DNA from: a virus
Lineage: Duplodnaviria; Heunggongvirae; Uroviricota; Caudoviricetes
Virus record (IMG/VR): IMGVR_UViG_2671180349_000004
Reading direction: 5' to 3' (one strand)
Length of the DNA stretch: 17,885 bases
Below are positions 1 to 9,045 of this stretch, piece after piece; within the stretch, counting starts at the first letter, position 1; each line of letters begins with the position of its first letter. Below the pieces are notes generated by a model. That model saw only the letters and a list, made by a program, of their open reading frames with translations. It ran no database searches and had not been told where the DNA came from. The position numbers and the translations under genes are program-made.

Positions 1-2740
<2,740 letters not shown>

Positions 2741-2762
2741 AGCGCGCATAAAACAGGCAAAA

Positions 2763-2782
2763 ACGGGATTTCAGAATCCCGT
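2763..2782. promoter_or_regulatory. 20-bp palindrome ACGGGATT-tcag-AATCCCGT (copy 2), 35 bp upstream of the parM-like start
   Basis: Same 8-bp arms as copy 1. Overlaps the expected -35 region of the parM-like promoter (AT-rich TAATTAAT block at 2789-2797 as a possible -10), consistent with an autoregulatory operator. Confidence 0.4.
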
Positions 2783-2816
2783 AAACGATTAATTAATCAA
2801 CATAAGGAAAAGCGAC

Positions 2817-3776
2817 ATGAAAATTTGTATCGATGACGGCTCCACCAACATCAAGCTGGCATGGACTGAGAACGGCGAACGCCGCAACGCCATCAGCCCG
2901 AACAGCTTCAAGTCGGAATGGTCTGCGCCGTTCGGTGGCACGCAGCCCGCGAACTACATGCTTGATGGCGTGCGCTATGGTTTTGATCCGGTCAGCGATC
3001 GCTTTGTCCAGACGACCGACACGCAATACCAGTACAGCGATGTGAATGTCATTGCCATTCATCACGCGCTGGTCAAATCAGGCATCACACCACAGGAAGT
3101 GGATGTGGTTGTCACCCTGCCACTGAGCGAATATTTCGACACAAACGCACAGCCGGACATGGCCAACATCAACCGCAAAAAAGCAAACGTCATGCGCCCG
3201 GTGGCGTACCAGAACGGAAAAGCATTCACTATCCGTAACGTACGGGTTATGCCTGAATCCATTCCGGCTGGTTTTAAAGCACTGGCTGACATGAGTCCGT
3301 TTGAATCCCTGCTGATTGTGGATTTAGGCGGAACCACGCTGGATGTGGCAAAGGTTCAGGGACAACTGGCAGGTATCAGCCAGGTGTTTTGCGATCCACA
3401 CGTAGGCGTTTCCCTGATGGCCGATGCCGTACTGTCGGTGATGGCCACTAACGGTATGCGCACCAGTCACCACATCGCCAATACCATTATCGAACATCGC
3501 CATGATGAAGCCTGGCTGCGCCAGCACATCCACAATGACGCGCATTACGCCAGCCTGATGGCGGTTATTCGTGAAAAGGAAGAAACACTGAAACAACGCG
3601 TGATCCGCGCGCTGGCGGTTTTTTCGGGTTACGGGCGGGTGATGGTTGTCGGTGGCGGGGCGGAGATTGTGGCACCCGCTATCCGCGAAGCCTGCGGAGT
3701 TAATGCGACTTTCATCGCGGACGGAGTGCCACAATTTGCTCTGGTTAATGGGCTGTACGCAATGAACAAGGAGTAA
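2817..3776 (+). CDS. parM: ParM/StbA-family actin-fold ATPase (type II partition cytomotive protein)
   Basis: 319 aa; RBS AAGGAAAA at 2804-2811. N-terminus MKICIDDGSTNIKLAW and blocks YSDVNVIAIHHAL, KKANVMRPV, VRVMPESIPAG, LLIVDLGGTTLDV, VGVSLM, RVMVVGGGAE, LVNGLY align with plasmid R1 ParM (MLVFIDDGSTNIKLQW..., recalled from memory). Actin-fold phosphate-1 (DDGST), phosphate-2 (DLGGTT) and adenosine (VGGGA) motifs are intact. Confidence 0.9.
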   Translation: MKICIDDGSTNIKLAWTENGERRNAISPNSFKSEWSAPFGGTQPANYMLDGVRYGFDPVSDRFVQTTDTQYQYSDVNVIAIHHALVKSGITPQEVDVVVTLPLSEYFDTNAQPDMANINRKKANVMRPVAYQNGKAFTIRNVRVMPESIPAGFKALADMSPFESLLIVDLGGTTLDVAKVQGQLAGISQVFCDPHVGVSLMADAVLSVMATNGMRTSHHIANTIIEHRHDEAWLRQHIHNDAHYASLMAVIREKEETLKQRVIRALAVFSGYGRVMVVGGGAEIVAPAIREACGVNATFIADGVPQFALVNGLYAMNKE

Positions 3777-3780
3777 ACCA

Positions 3781-4092
3781 ATGACGACACCAACCAGAAG
3801 AATAAGTTTCTATCTGAAGCCAGCTGCCGTCAAGAACGAAGGAGAAGCATGCGCCTGGCTGGACAGCCTTACACCAGAAGCCCGCAAAAGCGGCCAACGC
3901 GTGGCTTTTCTGGCCGGGCTGGCACTTCTGAAGACGAATCCGGCAGAGGCTTACCGACTGGCCGCATGGGCTGATGATGAGATGTTACCTGTGACACAAA
4001 TCAGCTCAAAAAAGTTTGAAGCACAGTCTGCACCAGTGGCTAAGATAACCAGCCAGATGGCTGGGAATATCCGGGCGTTATTTCCTGAGTAA
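3781..4092 (+). CDS. parR: ParR/StbB-like partition adaptor (probable ribbon-helix-helix DNA-binding protein)
   Basis: 103 aa, starts 5 nt after the parM stop, with RBS AAGGAG at 3768-3773. ISFYLKP...LDSLTPEARKSGQRVAFLAGLAL resembles R1 ParR IAFKLNP...LDSIPQGERSRLNRAALTAGLAL (recalled). Size and position immediately downstream of parM fit a parMR operon. Confidence 0.75.
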   Translation: MTTPTRRISFYLKPAAVKNEGEACAWLDSLTPEARKSGQRVAFLAGLALLKTNPAEAYRLAAWADDEMLPVTQISSKKFEAQSAPVAKITSQMAGNIRALFPE

Positions 4093-4107
4093 AAGCATCT
4101 GCGCGAA

Positions 4108-4149
4108 AAATGCTCACGTTTATAGAGAAAATGCTCACGTTTATAGAGA
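4108..4149. repeat. Perfect tandem duplication of a 21-bp unit AAATGCTCACGTTTATAGAGA (2 copies)
   Basis: Read directly: 4108-4128 is identical to 4129-4149. Begins 16 bp after the parR stop. Confidence 0.95.
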
Positions 4150-4241
4150 CAGTATCATTCCATTTGGCACACTTACTTCAATAATCGATCTGTTAAACAA
4201 ATAGATTGTCTATTATCTATCGATTAAAACGATCAATTATC

Positions 4242-4269
4242 TTGACAGTAATGTGCCTTTTTGTAAGAT
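4242..4269 (+). promoter_or_regulatory. Candidate sigma70 promoter: -35 TTGACA (4242-4247), 16-bp spacer, -10 TAAGAT (4264-4269) preceded by TG
   Basis: Perfect -35 hexamer and a 4/6 match at -10, in an AT-rich block. The palindrome AATAGA-ttg-TCTATT at 4200-4214 lies about 30 bp upstream as a possible operator. Predicted transcription start near 4276-4278. Confidence 0.45.
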
Positions 4270-4276
4270 CGTTCGC

Positions 4277-4460
4277 ATTGTGAGCGACAAGATAATTGCG
4301 CGGCATTGTCCATGCAAAACGCCCCAATAGCAGCAACTATTGGTGCGTAAAACTCGGTCGGACTCACTTAACCTGATATGCGTGCCTTCCGAAGTAAATC
4401 AAAATGTGCGTCGTATATTTTATTGCTTACACGCACCTCTGTAAAGGCACGCATATTTTT
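4277..4460 (+). ncRNA. Candidate structured 5' leader or small RNA (about 185 nt) ending in a terminator-like stem plus U-tract
   Basis: Hairpin CCAATAG-cagcaa-CTATTGG at 4324-4343. A 13-bp perfect inverted repeat ATATGCGTGCCTT (4376-4388) / AAGGCACGCATAT (4444-4456) encloses a 55-nt segment with an inner GTGCGT/ACGCAC pairing (4406-4411 / 4431-4436) and is followed by TTTT (4457-4460). The RBS and start of the downstream ORF follow within 20 nt. Confidence 0.3.
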
Positions 4461-4477
4461 CCTATGAGGTAAATAAA

Positions 4478-4747
4478 GTGCGGGCTAAAACAGGTATTTG
4501 CAAGAACCCTCATCGTTATAATCCAACATTTCTGTCTCTCCCTGAATATCAAGGACAAGAAGGTCGGCACAAATGCGCTGCCTGTGCTTTTGAGCTAGGC
4601 ATAAAAGATGCGCTTGAAGGACGCGCTATGGCTCAGAATGATTTAGTTTTAGCTAACATTCCGTTTAGCCAGGCTGGAACTGTAAGGCACAGAGATGCCT
4701 ATGAAGCATATGTTCGTGGTTGGCGATTAATACACAGCAACAATTGA
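4478..4747 (+). CDS. Hypothetical small protein (89 aa), possible Cys/His metal-binding motif
   Basis: GTG start at 4478 with RBS GAGGT at 4466-4470. C8-x3-H12 ... H31-x-C33-x2-C36 arrangement. Followed 10 nt downstream by a strong intrinsic terminator. No family recognised from memory. Confidence 0.5.
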   Translation: MRAKTGICKNPHRYNPTFLSLPEYQGQEGRHKCAACAFELGIKDALEGRAMAQNDLVLANIPFSQAGTVRHRDAYEAYVRGWRLIHSNN

Positions 4748-4756
4748 TACTTTTGA

Positions 4757-4779
4757 AGCGCCGATAAGGCGCTTTTTTT
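4757..4779 (+). terminator. Rho-independent terminator: stem AGCGCC / GGCGCT, loop GATAA, then seven T
   Basis: Read directly: 4757-4762 pairs with 4768-4773, followed by a T-run to 4779. Lies 10 nt after the stop of the 89-aa ORF. Confidence 0.75.
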
Positions 4780-5061
4780 GTTTGCACGATAGTGCACAAG
4801 TTTGCACAATTTTTTTGAACGACTTTTTGTACTTCCGGCCCGCGTGGTGGCTGGATCCGTCAAGGATCCGTACGTGCACAAAAAAACGCGTTTTTTCTGC
4901 GCGCAGGTGACGGGGGAACAGCCCGCGTTTCAGGGGGTAAATAGCATTCCCTGAACGATGTCGCAGAGATACAACAGAATGGCCGTATTTCTCACGCTGA
5001 GCGTGAAAAATACGTGAGGGATTCTGGTTTGATGGGGTGAAAGGTAAGGCCGTCAAAATCG

Positions 5062-5080
5062 CACTGAGGCGGCGAGAACA
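5062..5080. other. Candidate cos (cohesive-end) core, G-rich: GCACTGAGGCGGCGAGAACA
   Basis: In P2-family genomes cos lies just beyond the 3' end of Q. The block GAGGCGGCGAGAACA (5066-5080) matches 12 of 15 positions of the P2 cohesive-end core GAGGCGGGGAAAGCA as I recall it. A second weaker candidate GGTGACGGGGGAACAGCCC sits at 4906-4924. Not verifiable here. Confidence 0.3.
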
Positions 5081-5183
5081 TGCAGTCAGCGCAGTGGGAT
5101 TGCGTAAGAATCTGACCGTCGATGATGGCAATAAGCAGGAAAGCGTCGTGAAATTATCTGACTGATACAGGAGCTGGAGAGTC

Positions 5184-5206
5184 GGGGCATAAATTTTTTA
5201 TGCCCC
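5184..5206. repeat. Hairpin-forming palindrome GGGGCATAAA-ttt-TTTATGCCCC, 28 bp beyond the Q stop
   Basis: Read directly: 10-bp perfect arms with a 3-nt centre. No U-tract follows on either strand, so not a canonical intrinsic terminator. Confidence 0.6.
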
Positions 5207-5233
5207 GGCGAAGCAGCAGACAAGCGAAGCGCG

Positions 5234-6280
5234 TCAGGATGTGGGCTGGGTATCTAACAGTGCGTAAGGGTTAAAGCGGATCACCTCTTCGCCAAGCCAG
5301 TCATTGATGTGCTTCATGGCCTCCATGACGGGCATCAGCTCGTTAATTGCGTAAACCCGCGCGGCCTTCTCCACATCACCAAACGCACTTTTTTCGCCCG
5401 GCATCGCCCCCATCAGTTGCGGCGGAACGCGGTGCGCAGCCAGCACATCATCACGGGATGCCGCCTTAACATTCATGAACTCATCCTTTGCGGTGATCTG
5501 CTGGAACGGCAAAATTTGCACCCCCTCTTTGCCCCCGTTGGGCGCATGAATGAGCACGTTTTTAAACGCACCACCACCACGTGCCCCCTGTAGCGTTTCT
5601 TTCAGGGAGTCCATGCTTTCGCGGTTTACCTGCGCTGCACCGATGTAGATGATGCACCCGGCGTGGGATCCGTTGTCGTAATACAGTTTTCTGAACATGT
5701 CCGCCGAATGAGACAGGCTGGCCGAGAGTAATGCGCCAAGATATTCCGGCATGCCGTAAATTTCCTGGTTAATGTCCGGATTCATCAGGTGGCACACTTT
5801 GCCAGGGCGAAACTGAAACGCGTCCTTGCCATCCTGCACATACCACCATGATTCAAGATCGCTTCCGCGTCGCACGTATTTCGCCAGTGCGTGCCGTAAT
5901 TTAAGTGGTTCGCCGAGCATATTACTCCGAAGCTCAAGGAATGCGTTACCGAACACAAACCAGTCCAGCGCCAGCGCCGAGAAATCCTGCCGGGAAAGCA
6001 GCGGGTGCGGGATGTAGCAACCGAGCAATACATTGCGCTTAAAGTAAAGCGCAGACTGATGCCAGGACGTTTGCCGGGCGGCTCTTGCCAGACCGTACCA
6101 GTCCACCGGGGTTTCATACCACCGCCCGTTATCAGCACAGTACATATTGTCCAGCAGGTCATGCCCGGTCAGGCGATAAGGACCATCAAATGTGAATGCA
6201 CTGAGCGATGATTCTTTCCTGAGCGCATCAGCGAGATCAATGCGTGAACTCATGCGCACTTTTTTATTTTTTCTGCTCAT
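5234..6280 (-). CDS. Q: Portal (capsid portal vertex) protein gpQ
   Basis: 348 aa, size as P2 Q (about 344 aa). Its start codon overlaps the stop of upstream P (ATGA at 6278-6282, minus strand). Position between cos and P matches P2 synteny. Family assigned by size, synteny and general resemblance. Confidence 0.85.
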   Translation of the reverse strand: MSRKNKKVRMSSRIDLADALRKESSLSAFTFDGPYRLTGHDLLDNMYCADNGRWYETPVDWYGLARAARQTSWHQSALYFKRNVLLGCYIPHPLLSRQDFSALALDWFVFGNAFLELRSNMLGEPLKLRHALAKYVRRGSDLESWWYVQDGKDAFQFRPGKVCHLMNPDINQEIYGMPEYLGALLSASLSHSADMFRKLYYDNGSHAGCIIYIGAAQVNRESMDSLKETLQGARGGGAFKNVLIHAPNGGKEGVQILPFQQITAKDEFMNVKAASRDDVLAAHRVPPQLMGAMPGEKSAFGDVEKAARVYAINELMPVMEAMKHINDWLGEEVIRFNPYALLDTQPTS

Positions 6281-8031
6281 CAGAACTCCATAACCGTGAA
6301 ACGCTCGTTTTCTCCTTCGCCGCCAATTGGTTCGTTAATGACAGCAAGCATGGTTGCCCACGCAAGGTCGCCGTGGCTGATCCCCCTCGCGCGGTCCGTT
6401 TCGTAAGTGATAAAGCCGCCCGGTGTTTTCACCTTACGCACGGCGTTAAAGGCCGCGACCAGCTCGCGTTCGGCGCGATCGTATTCCCACCGTCCGGCAC
6501 GCATTATTTGCAGCATTTTCAGTACCAGCGACCGTTTGGATGACAGCGTGAAGGTGTACGGAATAGCAGCAGGGAAAAACCGCTTCACTATCTGATAAAC
6601 AGCCTCCCCGTTCCCGCCCGTCACATCAATGCCGATGTGTTCCACGTTGTAGCGACACGTGAACTCTTCAATGACTCTGGCCTGTTCTTCAAACTCCAGC
6701 CCCTGAACGCGTCGCGTCTCCACCGTTCGAAAACGGCCACCAGGAACAGCCGGAGGAACCACCACGGACACAGCGCCGCTGTCGCCGTTGCCACTGCTGC
6801 CGTTTGCGTCATACCCAATCCATACCGGACGATTCCCCATCGGGCGGGGAGCAAAAGGTTTCCAGTCTTTCCAGTCGTCGTATCCGTCAACACCGCAGCC
6901 AATCAGGATATTCAGGTTAAATGCCGATTCCCCTTCGCGGACAAACTCACACTTATAGAGATTGAGGAACTCGTCTTCGGTGTTTTCATCACGAATTTCG
7001 TCGATATCGGTGTGTTTCCAGCCGTGATTAACCACATCTTCCAGCGTGACAATTTGCCGCCACGTCCGGTCAGGGCAGATAAGCCCGTTATGCAGCGTTT
7101 TCCAGTCAACAGAAAAACGCTGGCGTTTATGCGTGGCCTTTTTCTCGTTCCAGCGGTCGCCGTTCCAGTAGGCGTATGCCTCGTGCGTTTCGGTGGATGG
7201 CGTGGAGAAGTAGGTGCGCCGCAGTCCGCTGAGGGTTGCCATAGCGCCAGCCACCTTGCGCAGTTCAGCAAAGCGACTGACCCAGAAAAATTCATCAAAA
7301 TAAAAATTGCCCGTGTAGGACTGTGCCGTCGCAGCAGAAGTACCAAGAAAATGCAGCTCTGCGCCGTTGGAGAGGATGATTTTATCGCCCCCTTTCAGCT
7401 CCACATCAACTTCAGATGCAGCCTTCTGAATAATGCTTTTAAACTGGAACGCCTGACGACGCGACGCAGACAAAAAAATCTGGTTACGCTGGTAAGGTTG
7501 CGCCACATCGTCACGCAGCGCCATCAGCAGTGCTTCCTGTGCAAAATACCATGTCGCTCCAATCTGTCGGGATTTCAGGATCATCCTGTTACGTATCCCG
7601 GCTTCCCTGCAAAGGGTCAGAGAGTCAAACCAGCCCCGCTGATGCCACTCCAGCCTGCTGATGATTTTTTCCCGCAGTGCGGCAATCTGTTCCGGCGTGA
7701 AATGATTTTTGAGTTTTTTCGCCCGGCTTTTCTTTCCTGTGGCCGTCGCATCCGGCTGGCCATCATGCAGTTTTTTAAGCTGCCGAGTCAGCAGGTCTAT
7801 TTCCTTGAAGTCACCACCTGTTTTATTCTGTTTTTCAGTAAGCTGGATGAGGCGCGCATCGATGGACTGCGTGACACGCTGCACGGGTGGTGTTTCATCC
7901 CACTGGTCGCGTTTTTTCCACGCATAAATCGTGTTCGGGTTTATTCCCATCAGACGTGATATTTCTGCGGGCGGATAACCCTGCCAGTAAAGTTGCCGCG
8001 CACGCTGGCGCACAAAAGCGTCCTGAATCAT
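6280..8031 (-). CDS. P: Terminase large (ATPase) subunit gpP
   Basis: 583 aa (P2 P is about 590 aa). Transcribed divergently from O, as in P2. Start ATG at 8029-8031 (complement) with a G-rich RBS upstream. Confidence 0.85.
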   Translation of the reverse strand: MIQDAFVRQRARQLYWQGYPPAEISRLMGINPNTIYAWKKRDQWDETPPVQRVTQSIDARLIQLTEKQNKTGGDFKEIDLLTRQLKKLHDGQPDATATGKKSRAKKLKNHFTPEQIAALREKIISRLEWHQRGWFDSLTLCREAGIRNRMILKSRQIGATWYFAQEALLMALRDDVAQPYQRNQIFLSASRRQAFQFKSIIQKAASEVDVELKGGDKIILSNGAELHFLGTSAATAQSYTGNFYFDEFFWVSRFAELRKVAGAMATLSGLRRTYFSTPSTETHEAYAYWNGDRWNEKKATHKRQRFSVDWKTLHNGLICPDRTWRQIVTLEDVVNHGWKHTDIDEIRDENTEDEFLNLYKCEFVREGESAFNLNILIGCGVDGYDDWKDWKPFAPRPMGNRPVWIGYDANGSSGNGDSGAVSVVVPPAVPGGRFRTVETRRVQGLEFEEQARVIEEFTCRYNVEHIGIDVTGGNGEAVYQIVKRFFPAAIPYTFTLSSKRSLVLKMLQIMRAGRWEYDRAERELVAAFNAVRKVKTPGGFITYETDRARGISHGDLAWATMLAVINEPIGGEGENERFTVMEF

Positions 8032-8185
8032 TGCTCCCCCTGAGTAATTACAGGAAGATTACCCGCGCGCGAAACCGTTCTCCTTAACCCCCTGTTCTGG
8101 CCGTTTTCTTACAACAAAAGCCCTTTGTATCAGCCTGTTACGCTTTGCCATCATGACTGAAGAACCAGTCAGAGGGGCAAAAACT
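8032..8185. promoter_or_regulatory. Divergent late-promoter region between P and O (expected Ogr/Delta-activated promoters)
   Basis: By synteny this 154-bp spacer must hold the divergent late promoters. Only an imperfect dyad TGTTCT...ACAACA (8093-8116) is visible; the TGT-N12-ACA spacing described for P2 late promoters is not matched exactly. Confidence 0.3.
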
Positions 8186-9022
8186 ATGACTAATGAAAAA
8201 AAGACATCCCGCAAAAAGTTTCGCGTGGCTGTCTCCGGTGTGACGGCAGACGGGCGCGAAATCAACGGCGACATGCTGAAAGCTGCCGCCACCAGTTATA
8301 ACCCGTCCGTTTATGGTGCACGTGTGAATATTGAGCACATCCTGTCACCACTCCCCGGCAGCGAGTTTTCCGCTATGGGCGATGTTGTGGGGTTGAGCAC
8401 CGAAGACATAACCGATGGCCCGCTGGCAGGCCGCACGGCACTGTATGCCGAAATTGAGCCGACCGCTCGCATGATGTCCCTGCTTAACGATGGTAAAAAA
8501 ATTTACTCCAGTATTGAGCTGGAACCACAGTCAACCATCACGGGAGGCCCTTACCTGCGCGGGCTGGCAATGACCGACACCCCCGCCAGCCTGGGCACGG
8601 AACGTCTGGCCTTTGCGGCACAACAACGTATGCAACTGATGACATTCAACTGTCAGCAGGGAGACGTGGCGATGTTTACCGCCGCTATGGAGTCAGAACT
8701 TATCGAACTCACCGAACAACGTCAGGAAGAAGGCACCCAGTGGTTTAACCGCGTTATGGGGATTATTGGCCGTGGCCGCAAAGCGGATGACGCCAGTTTC
8801 TCCCGTATTCAGGAAGCGGTGGAAGGTGTCGCAACATCACAGGCCGACATTATCGACCGTTTTAATGCACTGGAAACCCACCATCAGCAGGACAGCCAGA
8901 AAATCACTTCGCTGACCACAGAGCTGACAGCACTGAAGGAAAAACTGCGCACGCAGGACGGCGATCCGCAGAACCGGTTCACCGCAACGGGCGCAGCCTC
9001 CGACCAGCTGGCTGACTTCTGA
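8186..9022 (+). CDS. O: Capsid scaffolding protein gpO
   Basis: Start placed at ATG 8186 (MTNEKKTSRKKFRV...) with RBS AGAGGGG at 8171-8177; the ATG at 8153 given by the ORF track has no RBS. RVNIEHI, LRGLAMTDTPASLGTE and the C-terminal coiled-coil resemble P2 O (RINLEHL, LVGLAVTDDPASLGTE, recalled). Confidence 0.85.
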   Translation: MTNEKKTSRKKFRVAVSGVTADGREINGDMLKAAATSYNPSVYGARVNIEHILSPLPGSEFSAMGDVVGLSTEDITDGPLAGRTALYAEIEPTARMMSLLNDGKKIYSSIELEPQSTITGGPYLRGLAMTDTPASLGTERLAFAAQQRMQLMTFNCQQGDVAMFTAAMESELIELTEQRQEEGTQWFNRVMGIIGRGRKADDASFSRIQEAVEGVATSQADIIDRFNALETHHQQDSQKITSLTTELTALKEKLRTQDGDPQNRFTATGAASDQLADF

Positions 9023-9045
9023 TAAGACAAAGGAGCAAATTTTTT

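Noticed and set aside
4108-4149. Possible CRISPR-like repeat
   Set aside because: Only two directly adjacent copies with no spacers and no cas genes nearby. It is a simple tandem duplication.
4727-5131. 134-aa minus-strand ORF in the cargo/cos region
   Set aside because: Spans the intrinsic terminator and the candidate cos blocks. Arg/Ser-rich, no RBS noted, and it would run antisense across the 3' end of the 89-aa ORF. Most likely non-coding.
6637-7959. 440-aa plus-strand ORF
   Set aside because: Lies entirely antisense within the terminase ATPase gene P, whose product is well supported. The translation is low-complexity (Arg/Phe/Val-rich) with no recognisable family or RBS context.
8153-8185. 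Upstream ATG (8153) as the start of gpO
   Set aside because: No RBS, and the extra 11 residues have no counterpart in P2 O as recalled. ATG 8186 has an AGAGGGG RBS and aligns with the family N-terminus.
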